A stretch of 62,916 nucleotides of DNA, counting the filler, from Craspedostauros australis (lineage: Eukaryota): the NCBI GenBank assembly GCA_030167865.1. It is 12 parts of 12 records of this genome, joined end to end, with 100 filler letters (N's around TTAATTAATTAA, not from the genome) between each part and the next. Parts side by side here need not be neighbours in the genome. Positions count along the whole stretch, not along the records: positions 48,667 to 57,624 come from JALAGF010005293.1; positions 57,725 to 59,819 come from JALAGF010005294.1; positions 59,920 to 62,916 come from JALAGF010005299.1; 9 more parts are not named here. The stretch is one strand, 5' to 3'. Position numbers and translations under genes: made by a program. The notes under the pieces were generated by a model. That model was given only the letters and a program-made list of their open reading frames with translations, was not told the origin of the DNA and made no database searches. Shown here piece after piece: positions 50,647 through 62,916 of this stretch. Position 1 is the first letter of the stretch. Each line of letters opens with the position of its first letter.

Positions 50647-52349
50647 TCAATGAATGGCATCCGGTATCCTGGTCGACACAAAGATCGACCCGCGGTGTCC
50701 CTTCATGATTCGGAAGTCGTCATCCAAGTACGTGACGTCGCAGTACGCCGAGCCGTGACCGCCGATGGGGCGCTTGAGAGCGAAGCTCAGGCTGCCATCG
50801 CTCTCCATGCACTCTGGCAGATGAGCCCCCAGCAGGAACCGTGCCGCCAGCACGTTGGCGTACTCCTTGAAGTTGCGATTCGGCGCGTTGCCAGTGTCGA
50901 AGATGTTCCTCCACTCTTCAAGGTCGTTCTCCTCGTCCATGACCTCCAAAGATCCGCCCGAGAACCAGATGGATAGCCGGTTGCTGTGGGATGGATCGGG
51001 GATCGCGTAGCCTTGGTTGGTGAGGATGCCATCGATGGACCTCGGAACGATGTACTCGCCTTCTGCTGCGTCATCTCGATGAACTCCACGCTTCGTTTGA
51101 TCCGCCTTGATGGTGAACGCGACCATGATGCTGCGCCAACAACGTGTGGTGTTCATGAGTTGCACATTGTACGAGCGCATACGAGTGGGAGGGAAGATGG
51201 GGACGAACGAATGAAGGAAGGAAAGATAGATCGAAGTTGCGTGAGATGTGAAGTTGGGGCCGTCGACTCGCTTATTCAAGGATGTGGCTGTGCTTGCTGG
51301 CGAACCACAACGGACAAATCCCACACGGTCAGTGGAATGAAACAGAGCAACAGCACTTACTCATAGCACAACATTTGGACATTGCCGCCCTTGATTTCCT
51401 TGTGCAGGCTCCTGGGAACGTTGAGCGGGCGTCCGGGGTTGCGAGGATCGATGTTTTCGATGCGATTGAAGACGGCCTTCAGCGAGCACATGAGATGGTT
51501 GGGACGGAACATGTCGAATGCAATCCGCCCCAATGTGTACATCGCCTCGCCCTTCTCGTTCGTTCCCTTGCAATCTTCGTACGTCGGTTTGGACAGCGTC
51601 AACCAGTTGCCATGGGTGGCGTTGCTGCTCACGATCGCTGTCGTATCCTGAAGCGCGAGCAAGCGGTCCATGCAGGACCGGAATTCCAGATCTTCTGTGG
51701 ATCCGCCGGTGCTCTTCAGCCGATTGACCAGGGTTTGCTTGATGTCGTAGATCATGTGCTGTCTGTCTATCGAGTGGGGTTGATGCCCGATGGGACATTG
51801 TGCGCCGCCGTATTGATCCCAAAGCGCGTCTTGGTGCTCTGTTTGAGTAACGCACAGCTGGTGATGTGCAGTCCCATCCCAGCGATGGTCATTGTCACCA
51901 GCCCCACCTTTTGCCGCTTTCATGGTGATGCCGCTGCCAGCCATGACGCCGGAGGGGTCGGCGGCATCGGTGCGCCTTCGCTTGCGGCTGCCCAATCCCT
52001 GTGTTCCGTTCTCCGCCTCGCTGCCTTTGTTGACACCTGCGGCATCCGGTTCGGATGGCTGCAGCGCCTTGACCCACCACCTATCGTATGCCTGCTTCGC
52101 GTCTTCTGCCGCTGTGTCGGCAACCATCGGCTCGATGCCACGGAGGAAGCACTCGCTGTAGAACACGGCTGCAGTCCTTGCCTGTCGCCGCTCTTCCTTG
52201 TTCGTGGATGGTGTCATGGATGGGCCATCCTTCCTGTGGGCTTTCGTGGCGAACATCTCTTCCTTCGGGAACGTCGCATCCAGTGTCTCGATGTTGCTCG
52301 GATGCACCAGACTCTGTGTCATTACGGAGTAATCCCGCTTGCCTTTCAT
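50647..52349 (-). CDS. Hypothetical protein with PAP-fibrillin/lipocalin-like C-terminal motif; join(52349..51361,51130..50647), about 490 aa
   Basis: A GTAAGT...CAG intron (51360..51131) joins LCY-D-IMVAFTI in frame. Motifs WLTLSKPTY, YTLGRIAFDMFRP and the C-terminal DVTYLDDDFRIMKGHRGSIFV. An additional upstream exon is not excluded. Confidence 0.78.
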
Positions 52350-53588
52350 GTTACGATATGCAAGATGGTGCGCAGGTTTCGATCTCAGGGAGATGATTTG
52401 GATGACTGGATGATCAGATGAGCAGATGAGCAGGATGGGAAAGTGGGCGAGCGAGCGGAGGATTATGGGTGGATACGTCTGGAGGCGGTTTGATCTGGAG
52501 GGGTGGGAAGAACGTGCGTTGTATCAATAGAGTGTGTGTGCTTGTTTTGTTTGTTTTGTTTGTTTTGTTTGTGCCCTGCCTGATGAAGAGGCAGAGAAGG
52601 GAGAGATGATCCAGATTGACGACCCCTGGCGACGCGAAGTCTGATGAATAGAAGAAGGAGGAGGAACGAGAGCAAGGGCAGTCTCCGAATCCCACACGCC
52701 CAAAAACGTGGGTCTCTTGCGCGAAAGGGTGTCAAACTTCGGCCTCGGGAGGAATTCGGGCGAGGAGGAAGCACCGCGGCGGGAGGAGGGGTTGATGGCA
52801 GATTTGCTGTCGGCGCGTTCGTTGTCTGTTTGGCGGCTGCCGTGTCTGTCCACGTTGCTGTTCGTTGCTGTGCTTCTGCTTCGGCTGCTGTTGGTGTTAT
52901 TGTCACTCTCCCGTCAACACTCTCTTGGCGTCCTCGACCTGTGCCCTCTTTGGTGGTCGTGGCGACTCCCCTTCTGTTCCACGCACAGGGAATCGAAGTG
53001 TCGTGTTCCTCGACACACAGAGAAGGGGCGTTCGGGTTTGCTGATGGACGATGGCGAACACACACGCCAGTTTTTGTCATAACTCAACACCTCTTCCAGC
53101 CAATCAGAGAGTGCTCTGTCCGCGAAGGCGAAAGACGAAGAACATGATCACGGTTCCGTGCTCGATTCGTTTGATCGCTGAGCGTGACTCGAGCGACTCA
53201 AATGAGCCAATTGAAGAAATTTGTGGTGGAAAAAAACCGAAAACATCACAGTGAAAGTGGAAGTGGGGAGGAGAAAAAGTCGCCAAAAATGGGCCGAAGC
53301 TGATCCCCAACACGACACAACCCGACACAACACGACACATCTCTCATCGCACCACAAGGCAAAACATGGTCTCTCGGTTCACCCACAAGCACCAGCTGGA
53401 GGGAACGCCCACAGCAAACCTGGTTGGGTCGAATCGAGCTGAGGGAGAAGCGTCGGAAGATCACCAACTGCCGCTGTCCTTGCCGTCACTGTCGCCATTG
53501 TCGCCATTGTCGCCATTGTCGCCATTGCCGTCAGTAATCCATGTAGTACGCGTGATACCTGTACTAATACATCCACGAAGGCACAGGG

Positions 53589-54800
53589 ATGAAGCTGAAG
53601 CAGCGGGCATCGACGAGACGCGATTCCTCCGTGAGGGTTATTCTGGCGATTGGATCCGTGCTATTCGGCGTCCAGCTCTTGGCCCACATCCATATCACCC
53701 CGCAGCTGTCGTCGTCTTCCACGCCGTTGAATTTCGTAGCATGTGGCACATCCGCCGCAAGCAATAAGGATAGAAAGCCGAAGGACGACCTCGAACAGTA
53801 CTACAAGTTGGCGTACGATGAGTCCTACGGCGTGCTGGATGGCATCTCCAATGACAAATGGAAACAAGCACAGTCCTGGGCTCGGAGATTTGGCTTCCAC
53901 CAGTACCCGGAGGAACCAGAGAGCTGGCTCCTCGAAGGACTGCCCTTCTGGTTCTTCGTCAACTACGACCCCTACTTTGCATGCCCGTACAGCAAACGCA
54001 TCGGCGGGTTGGGAGATGGTCCCAAATGGACTTGCAACCTGGATCGTCTCAAGGACATCGGTCAGGATCGTTGGAAGGCGGATGTAGCAAGTGGCAAGCG
54101 CAGATCCATCAGCGCTGACGGCGGCGGCGAATCACCATCGTCTACTGCTGCTGCTGCTGTAGCCACAGCTGAGTACGATGCATCGAAGTACGGCTGCCTC
54201 GTCTACTCCATCGGAAGCAACGGGAACTACCTGTTCGAGGATGCCATTCAAGAAGAGCTTGGCAGGGAGGCGTGCGAAATCCACGTGTTCGATTTTTCAG
54301 ACAACTACGAGCGCGAGGAGAATGCTGACAAGAACATCCACTTCCATCAGTGGGGATTCAAGGGATCCAAGACCCAAGACTCCAACCTCCCAGCCGGCAA
54401 GGCTGACATGTTCGTCGATCTGTTCGAGATCATCAAACGGTTGGGACACCAGGACCGAGTCATCGATCTCTTCAAGATCGACTGCGAGGGTTGCGAGTAC
54501 GTCTCCAACGAAGACTTCACCAAGTACGACAAGATAAGGCAGATTCTGATCGAGATCCATGCCCCGCCAGGATTCCACGATGAAGAAGAGGAGGATGAAG
54601 ATTCCGAGGACAGCGAGGTCCTGAGGGCGAAAGCAGAAACGCACGCGGAAAGACATAGCAAGGTGCTGGTCAACTTCTTTGATTCTTTTGCTAAGAATAA
54701 TCTCATCATGTTCTCGAAGGAACCCAATCCATGGTGCAGAGGATCATGCCTGGAGTACTCCTTCATCCGTCTCAAACCATCGTTCCTCAATCCCAACTGA
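53589..54800 (+). CDS. Methyltransf_22 (METTL24/FkbM-like) type II membrane methyltransferase
   Basis: N-terminal TM. Motifs RIGGLGDGPKWTC, CLVYSIGSNG, CEIHVFD, IDLFKIDCEGCEY, QILIEIH and FSKEPN..CLEYSFIRL. Confidence 0.88.
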   Translation: MKLKQRASTRRDSSVRVILAIGSVLFGVQLLAHIHITPQLSSSSTPLNFVACGTSAASNKDRKPKDDLEQYYKLAYDESYGVLDGISNDKWKQAQSWARRFGFHQYPEEPESWLLEGLPFWFFVNYDPYFACPYSKRIGGLGDGPKWTCNLDRLKDIGQDRWKADVASGKRRSISADGGGESPSSTAAAAVATAEYDASKYGCLVYSIGSNGNYLFEDAIQEELGREACEIHVFDFSDNYEREENADKNIHFHQWGFKGSKTQDSNLPAGKADMFVDLFEIIKRLGHQDRVIDLFKIDCEGCEYVSNEDFTKYDKIRQILIEIHAPPGFHDEEEEDEDSEDSEVLRAKAETHAERHSKVLVNFFDSFAKNNLIMFSKEPNPWCRGSCLEYSFIRLKPSFLNPN

Positions 54801-55021
54801 ACCATCCGCAGCAGCCATGGACCTCAGGTCGATGGTATCATTGTGAATAGTCAATACTTTGTACAAGGTACGTCTACTCGCACATTGCCAAAATCTGTGA
54901 GTGTGAAAATGAGATGGAGGACTCTCCGGGTTTCTATGTTGCGTCGATTCCATGTACTATACGAGTACTTACTCGCAAAGTACGATATGAAGAATTGATA
55001 TTGTGACGCAAGCCCTCCGCG

Positions 55022-56771
55022 TCAATCACTGGACAGTCCACCTGTCACGTTTGCCCATGCTGCTCCTGCTCCTTCTCTTCCTCGCAGAGTCGGATGCCCG
55101 GCTTGACTTTGGCATCGACCCACCCTTCGGCTCCAAAGTGCTCGTAGAGTGTTGCACAGCGCGATGCTGTCCTTGATATTGATCAAGTCGCGGCGGCTAC
55201 TGCGTTGTGTCAGACCAATTATCTTGGACTCGTCCGCATCCTGCGAAGCCTCCAGCTCGATTTCAGACTCTTCGAGCAACTCCAAACGTTGCTCCCGAAT
55301 GGCATCTTCGATCAATGGATCATTCTTGATCAACTGCTGCAGCAAGAAGTCGCGGGTGGCCATGTAGCCGAGTTCTGTATTGGGAGTGGACTCCAGCACA
55401 AGGTCGGTGCCTTCCCTCCAAACGGATTGAAGTCCCTCCACACCTTCCTCTTGGGCTGAGAATCCGCAGAAGACCATTCGCTGGACGCATTTGCATTTGG
55501 CGTTGTCGAACAGCGATTGCAACGGCGCAACTGGATTCGCTGAGATCGATTCGGCCATTGTTCGATGGCTGTCGAGCAAGCCTCTTACGTGTATGCTTTT
55601 GTTTTGCGCAAAATTCACAACGAGGTAGGACTGGGCTTGCCATCGGAGATGCTCCAGGGATGTCTGGAGCCTTTCTCCAACCAGAGAAGGGGTGGAGGCG
55701 GAAGAGATTGAAGCAGAAACTGACGACAGTGCTGTCGACGACGAGGAGCTGGCCTTCGCTTGTTCATCGGGAACGAAGACATCCTCCATCCTTGATGACA
55801 GCACAAGCATGGGGTAAAATACTCGAACCATGAATTCACCCAGCGTGGTGGCGAAGAAACCGTGCAAAAACATGTGATGTGGAACGGGAGAGCACGCGCA
55901 ATTTTGCATCGCTTCTCGCTCGGTGATATTGGAAAGCGATGGGAGCCGGATGGATGGCTCGACCGCGAATTGACCAATGTGTGGGAAGCTAGCGCACTTG
56001 TGAAATCCCGGTCTGGACGCGATGGTCCAGTTAGGCTGGTGCAGAGTCTGTATGACCGGCAGTCGATGCAGTGGATGTTCCAGATCGTGCATTGTGGTGT
56101 CATGAAACCAATACTCATCTTGGAAGCAAACGTGCTCGACGTGAGAATATGATTTGTCCATAAGTCGTTGCGGAACCAGTCTGGTTGTTCCCACCTATCA
56201 TTCTCGTGTGTTGGCTGGACGCTGATTTCTTTTCTTCCGTTGCGTTCGGGGCACTTGTTATCAAGCTCTCCCCCGCACACCGCCGCTGCCTCCGCCACCA
56301 ACGCTAGCATCAACAACAGCGTCACCGACGCCAAGAGCTTCATCATTCTCGTCGTCTCCGTTTCCGACAGTCCCCACCCAAGCATCGTACGGAGAGGCGG
56401 CCATCTGGTTTGAGGGATTACCAACCATCGCGAGTGCGTCCTTCATTATTACTTCGATGATCTTCGATGAACGCGATGCATTGTACTATGTAATACATTG
56501 ACAAAATGATGAACAGGGCCGTCCACACTGACCGCCAGTGGGATGATTTGCCACCTGACCGTCCATTTTGCGAGGTTCGTACTTTCGCTGCCTTTGCCGT
56601 GGACCTCAGTGATGGCGACATGCTTGACCGCAGCAAATTGCCCGGATCTGAATCCTGCTTGCCAAGCTTCTCCAATGACGACCCTGAACGCCTTTGCTGT
56701 CGATTCTGACGTTGGCGTCGATGGCAGTGTTGCTGCTGGTATCCTGACTGCTCCATTGTCGATGCGGGCAC
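55022..56771 (-). pseudogene. Disrupted type II membrane glycosyltransferase-like gene (GT61/DUF563-like)
   Basis: TM WTALFIILSMYYIVQCIAF in ORF 56418..56771, frame changes near 56450 and 56260, then a 390-aa ORF with C.QRMVFCGF and IIGLTQRSSRRDLINIKDSIALCN. The expected (V/I)HGA core is missing and the frame shifts to LYEHFGAEGWVDAKVK. Confidence 0.45.
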
Positions 56772-57449
56772 ATCAAGGCCGACACATTCTCACCTTCCCT
56801 ATTCGTAGAGAGTATGCCTTCGTCTTGTGTGCTCCAAATGGCTCACCGTTGATGGGTGCTGAGATGGTGTCGTCTCAACCCCGGTCAAGTGGCTCGCGCT
56901 GGTGCGAGAGAACAGGTCGCATGCACGAGTGCATGGTGCCATGCGAGTATCCATGTCCCCTACGCTGTACGAAACAGGCCATGTTGAAATCCTTTGTGCC
57001 AACCCGTGTCACGAAAAACACTGGAAAATGAAGAACAACTGTGGCTCCCTCGGTTTTCTGTCCGTTTTCGTCACACCCACAATCACATTGGTTGTTCGTT
57101 TCGCAACAAGTGTCTCTTCAAGGGTGTCCTTGTTTATTGGAGTGAGAAACTCGGTTAGTGCATCCGATGTTGAAACTTCGTTGTGTAAAGGTTCTTCAGG
57201 TTTGAATCAATGTGTTGACATCGTGTGATGACGACAGCGCCCAAGCAAACATGGTGTCGGGGAGCCATGGTAATATAGATAATTTCCCTCAGGTCTAAAA
57301 ACAAAGACCCAACAGGATTCATTCGAATTGGCAACCACACAAACAAAAAATGAGAACAACGACAGGCAAAATGGGTCTCCTGCGCGATGCATTGTTCATA
57401 CGTGTACAACCAATTACTCTGCTCTGTTCTACTGGCTTAGTCTGTCTCT

Positions 57450-57623
57450 CTAGTAACTGACTTGGAAAGGCTGGAAGAAGCCTTCATCAATGGACAGCTG
57501 TGTGATCATGGCAACCACCTTGAACACTGTCTTGTGAAGTTTCATGTTGTGGCGAAATGGTTCATACAAGATCTTCCATTTCTTGAAGAGACGATTGATG
57601 GTTTCGTGTCTTGCTCTTGCTTG
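57450..57623 (-). mobile_element. C-terminus of a PIF/Harbinger-ISL2EU (DDE_Tnp_4-like) transposase
   Basis: Manual translation: QARARHETINRLFKKWKILYEPFRHNMKLHKTVFKVVAMITQLSIDEGFFQPFQVSY*. RARHETIN.LFK.W.IL...FRH carries the catalytic E. Not in the ORF track. Confidence 0.8.
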
Positions 57624-57724
57624 CNNNNNNNNNNNNNNNNNNNNNNNNNNNNNNNNNNNNNNNNNNNNTTAATTAATTAANNNNNNNNNNNNNNNNNNNN
57701 NNNNNNNNNNNNNNNNNNNNNNNN

Positions 57725-58836
57725 ACACGATGGTTCTCATGCATGTATTCGTGGCGGTGCGCGGCAATCCCCACAGTTCTGTTGCGTTCAAGCCAGGACG
57801 CAGTGGTCTGAACCGTCGTCTCCTTGATTCGCGCAAGAGTCACAGACACAGGTTCCTCAGGTTCAGACATGTCTTCGCCAGAGACATCTTCGCTCTGTCC
57901 ATGCACAATCGTACTTACCTCGTTGGTTCTTGTCGCACGCATCCTTGCTTGATTCGGACGTGGTGGAGTCATTGGGTGTTCTGTNGATTGGAGAGTTNCT
58001 GTTGGATTGGTGGAGGGAGANGCAATGTTGGATTGAGAAGCNGTTTTGAGAAAGTGGGACGGGGGAACAGAGACAGCCCAGCCGACTTCGGATTTCAGGT
58101 ACTCTTTGTTTTTTATGTACTCTTTTACACCTGGTGTGTTCTTTGCCTTCGTGTCTTCTGTGCAAGTGTGTGAGCGAAAAAGACGAAAGGGCATACACAG
58201 CACATCAATGCCCCCAGCCAAGGTCGACACAAACACGTACCTGCTTCCTTTACCTCCTCCATGTGCGANNNNNNNNNNNNNNNNNNNNNNNNNNNNNNNN
58301 NNNNNNNNNNNNNNNNNNGTTGGTTCTTGTCGCACGCATCCTTGCTTGATTCGGACGTGGTGGAGTCATTGGGTGTTCTGTTGATTGGAGAGTTTCTGTT
58401 GGATTGGTGGAGGGAGACGCAATGTTGGATTGAGAAGCGGTTTTGAGAAAGTGGGACGGGGGAACAGAGACAGCCCAGCCGACTTCGGATTTCAGGTACT
58501 CTTTGTTTTTTATGTACTCTTTTACACCTGGTGTGTTCTTTGCCTTCGTGTCTTCTGTGCAAGTGTGTGAGCGAAAAAGANGAAAGGGCATACACAGCAC
58601 ATCAATGCCCCCAGCCAAGGTCGACACAAACACGTACCTGCTTCCTTTACCTCCTCCATGTGCGACACCCACAAGTTTCTGTAGTTCCGGGAAAAGTTAG
58701 CGCGGTTGAAAACGTGAAGGTCTTCGAACTTGTCATAGACGAAGGCAGGAGACCATTTTCTTGGAATGTCACCTGTGGCAATCATGCGTTTTAGGTCCAC
58801 AACCTCGCGTGCGGTGCGCTTCCACGGTTTGCCCAT
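57725..58836 (-). CDS. Partial spliced gene, possibly a transposon accessory (Myb/HTH-like) protein; exon 1 58836..58638, intron 58637..58555
   Basis: MGKPWKRTAREVVDLKRMIATGDIP...FNRANFSRNYRNL. A GTACGT...CACAG intron joins in frame to EDTKAKNTPGVKEY. About 57921-58268 duplicates 58319-58665 across a gap. Confidence 0.5.
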
Positions 58837-58843
58837 GTTGATA

Positions 58844-58844
58844 A

Positions 58845-58926
<82 letters not shown>

Positions 58927-58927
58927 G
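58844..58927. repeat. (TTG/AAC)n microsatellite, at least 27 units, running into a gap
   Basis: Directly visible. Confidence 0.97.
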
Positions 58928-59920
58928 NNNNNNNNNNNNNNNNNNNNNNNNNNNNNNNNNNNNNNNNNNNNNNNNNNNNNNNNNNNNNNNNNNNNNNNNN
59001 NNNNNNNNNNNNNNNNNNNNNNNNNNNNNNNNNNNNNNNNNNNNNNNNNNNNNNNAGACACCTTGCTATTTTGTGAGAACATACCTGCGTCAGACTTTGT
59101 GCATTCACTACGGCAACGCAACAGCTTGGTGGCCTACCAAATGACTGTGGGAAATCGCATGCGGCAGACATGGTGAAAGCATCGCACAGTATGAATGAAC
59201 GCATGTGGCTGTAGGATTCTACACAAATGCCTTCTGGCGCTCTGGTTGTCGGCTGTGTACGGAACAGGGGTGACAACATTGCCGTTCAAAGATCGTTGCA
59301 TGCATGTCGGTTCAAGTGGGTGCTGGTTGGTGACGACTACTATTCTGCAGAACAATCAGTGTCACTGTCACAGATGATGTCAGCTCTCGTCACTTTGATG
59401 GTTGCTCTCGTATGACGTTCGTTGACATCATGTCATGCAACGACACTGGTTGGTGTTGACGGTGCTGCACGTAAGACGCTCTCTAGAGTATCCCATGTCA
59501 GTTGTGCTTCAAGCATACGGCAAGTCATTCATATCTTTTGGGGCGGTTTGGCAGACAACATCATTTCCGTTCTTCCGGTGTGAGAAAGCTGCTATTGTAT
59601 GACGTGTGCGCATCAACGCAAATGCAGGTGTGACACGTAATCGTGGGCGTGGCAACAGTACATACTCTACGCGGTTGGGAAATCGGACTCATGGCCTTTC
59701 TACACAATCGTTCTCTACAACATGCATGGGTGAAGAACGAATACATCTATGACACAACAACAAGTTCTTCGTGGCTTGTCGCAGGCGGAGGGAGGCGAGG
59801 TCCGGTAGTCGGGGAAACANNNNNNNNNNNNNNNNNNNNNNNNNNNNNNNNNNNNNNNNNNNNTTAATTAATTAANNNNNNNNNNNNNNNNNNNNNNNNN
59901 NNNNNNNNNNNNNNNNNNNG

Positions 59921-62916
59921 GACGAACGCGAGTCAGATTGTGCGAATACGAACAGTGCCGATGACACTGATGTCGAGTACATTCCAGAAGCAGAGGATGC
60001 TGTAAATAGAAAAGGACTACTCACATCTATCTTCAAATCAGCAGGCATTGACATTCGAGCAATTTCGAAATTCCCTGTGAGTGGATTCAGAAGCATCCCA
60101 CCAAGGGGAGCCAAGCATCGCTGGAGTGTCATCAAACGAATCTGGAAAGAGCTGTGTAATGGAACATCCGAGCATGCAATCTTCCCTGGCACGAAACCCC
60201 CACCTCAACTTTGGGAAGCCATGACCTTCGTGCGACATCGCAAACAGCTCCCTCCTGTGTTGCTGGAGCAGACTCTCTGTCATTTAGCCTTCTGGGGGAA
60301 TAGGGACCTGTCACTGACTGCTCGTGCGGTTTTGGCAATGACCTGTGACTCCAGGCGCTGCACCCGAATCCTGGCTGTGCACTACAGCAGCCTGTCGAAA
60401 GGAGACAAGGCGAAAGTCATGCCGCAACGCCGAACCATGTCTCGTGCAGCACACAGGAGACTGTTGCACGCTGGTGGTGCGATCCTTGCTGGAGGCCAGT
60501 TCCCACACACAGACTACAAGTACCGTGTCAAGGAATCTAGCCTCCAGGGAGTGATCTCATTTCTCACCTCCATGTTCCAGTACCGACCAGGCATCACAAG
60601 GAGTGTGAAGTTGGCTGGTGTTCTGTTCCCAGACCTGCCCATCTTCATTCGTGGATCATCATCTATTGCAGAACTCTTTGCGAAGTACAAGAATGCAACA
60701 GATGACCCAGTCGGTATGCCTGCCTTCAGGAGTATCCTGACATTGCTCACACGACGTGGCAAGTGTCAAACAGGCCTGTCCTCCTTCTACACAGACACTC
60801 TGACTGTATTCATGCACTTCCAACACATGATCAGGAGAGTCATGGAACTGCTTCAGACTCAGAACAAGGAACATCAAGACAAAGAGCTCGTGTCTGAGCT
60901 TCTCAATGAGGCACAGGCCATCATCACGGACAGCGATTCTGTTCTTTCATTTGCAAAATGGGAATACGCAAACAAGCACATCCAGGTGAAGCCAACCACA
61001 GATACTCTACATTCCGCAGAATTTGCACTGACAAATGGCTCCCTCCCATTTGTGAACCAAGCATGCAAGCAATGTGCAGATGTCATGACATTCTTCCCGA
61101 TTCGCGTTTGCAACTTCATGCGAACTGCCACCAACAACATCACTGGCAACACGTTCGAATTGGATCGCATGGCTGCAGCAATTAACCTGTGTGATGACGC
61201 ACTGCGCCAGTACATGGCCCACCAAGTGAGACGAAAGGTACAAGCACAGAAGATCAAGGAGGAAAAGGAGCGCCTCAAGGACCACCCAGATCGCATCATT
61301 GCTGTGCTTGATCACAAGCAACGCATCCTCCCAACGGAGAATCAGGAAGCTCAGAAAGCGTTCTTTGGCAAGAATGGAATGTCTCTCCTTGGTNNNNNNN
61401 NNNNNNNNNNNNNNNNNNNNNNNNNNNNNNNNNNNNNNNNNNNNNNNNNNNNNNNNNNNNNNNNNNNNNNNNNNNNNNNNNNNNNNNNNNNNNNNNNNNN
61501 NNGGTGATGAAGGGGCGGAACAAGCAGGATCATGTCCAAGTTGCTGGTGCGATCAAGATTCTTCATTCCACCGTGCTTCCGAAGCTTCACAAGGGGGTCA
61601 AAGAGGTTGTATTCCAGAGTGACAATGCCAGTTGCTTTGCAAGTCCAGCACTGATGAGGTACATGCATGGACTGAACCAAGGAGAGGTTGAAGTTGAATA
61701 CAAGATGCCAGAGAAGAAGAAGAAGCGGAAGACGACAGCCAAGAACAAGGGCAAGCACAAGGACAAGGCTAAATCTCCGCCTGCCCCCAAAATCAACACA
61801 GAACAGTCATCTTATCATGACGCGAAGGCTGCATCATCCACGAAGGCAAAAGCACAGGAAGACACCGGAACCCGCCCTCCCAAACCGCGACTCCAAATCA
61901 TCCAATGGCTGTACACTGAGGCACAAGCTGGCAAGAGTGCTTTGGACGGACACTTCGGTTTCGTCTCACGTCAACTCAGGTTGTTTGTGGATAGTGCCAG
62001 GGATGCAAAGATTGCCACCGAAGGCGATATTTTCAAAGTGCTACAAGCTGCCAACATCAAGGGGACAACNNNNNTTCTGTTGGATCTGAGCAGATTGGGA
62101 CATGCCATCATCTGTGGTGTGGACGGAAAGGAAAAAGCATTCGCGACCAACCGAGTTTCCGTTCGCGCCACCCATCAAATTGATCTGATCGATGACAAAA
62201 TCCAGGTCACAGCATCATCGGGCTTGACACATCCAGAGACTATCACTCAGGGCAAGATCGACAAGTTCGACATTCTCCATCTCGATGTCACTTGCAATGA
62301 TGAGGACATCACCGAGGTCCCACCGGCATTCGTGATGGATCCACAGAATATCCGCGGCTCACAACCGACTGAACGACGACACACATCAACAACAAACAAG
62401 AGCACCAACAAGACCGACATGTTCAAGCGCATTCTCACTTCGCGTGTTCTGGAACCAGCAGCGGCAGCAGCAGAAACGGCAAATTGTGAACGAAATGCCA
62501 CAGTGGACTTCCCTCAATCCATCAGGCAGGGATGGGCGATCTGTCACCCAGACAAAGCCACCTCACGAAAGAAGGATCCATCAGCATCTCCAGCAACCAA
62601 GGTACCGTCCATGTCGAAACAAGTGGCGCAGATTGTGTGCGATGCTGCGATTGCTTGCAGGAGCCCAGACACGAGGAGGAGCGCTCATGTGCTTCATGAA
62701 GAGCTGATGGCCGGGCCTTTCTTGCTTGATTGGGAGCAGAGGATCAAGGTGGACATCACATACCTCAAATGCTTCCTGGCAGCTCCTGACGGTCGAGCGG
62801 AGAGATACCTGGAGAACAATGGCTTCTTGGATGACGAGGAATGTGAAGAGCACCTGAACGAGATGCATGAACTGCGGATCATGGCATCCAAGGAGAACAC
62901 TCAAAGCGAAGAAGCG
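59921..62916 (+). mobile_element. Large DDD-type transposase, Sola3-like, partial at both ends
   Basis: IAVLDHKQRILP..QEAQKAFFGKNGMSLLG. After the gap (frame from 61504, open to the window end): KQDHVQV, VVFQSDNASCF, WLYTEAQAGKSALDGHFG and later GWA. This pattern resembles Sola3 motifs as recalled. Confidence 0.7.

Noticed and set aside
14542..59918. Recurrent TTAATTAATTAA and any functional linkage of genes across it
   Set aside because: It is an artificial concatenation spacer, so neighbours across linkers (including the Harbinger fragment and the 58836 ORF) cannot be treated as clustered.

Overview
Eukaryotic draft-genome DNA, most likely from a diatom (inferred from gene families, short GT-AG introns and CoDi-like Copia elements). 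It is not one locus. Eleven artificial N44-TTAATTAATTAA-N44 linkers join 12 unrelated scaffolds, and several 50-N gaps are flanked by duplicated overlaps or haplotypes. Scaffold 1 holds a tandem array of COG3899/AAA_16 STAND-like ATPases: one partial copy, two intact two-exon genes of 1366 aa and one relic, plus a ~510 bp foldback MITE. The two intact copies lack kinase or other effector domains, and their substitutions cluster in the helical C-terminal region, as in NLR-like receptors. Mobile elements and repeats: a DIRS/Ngaro-like retroelement with an HCDD RT motif and a putative cytosine-methyltransferase-like segment, Copia pol fragments, Harbinger/ISL2EU-like and Sola3-like transposase pieces, and satellites/minisatellites. 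Other genes: a disrupted membrane LRR gene, a fatty acyl-AMP ligase, an ankyrin-coiled coil-BTB gene with near-identical 102-bp repeats, a fibrillin-like-tailed protein, a Methyltransf_22 gene and a broken GT61-like gene. No rRNA, tRNA or CRISPR array was recognised. All family calls come from reading motifs by eye, not from database searches.
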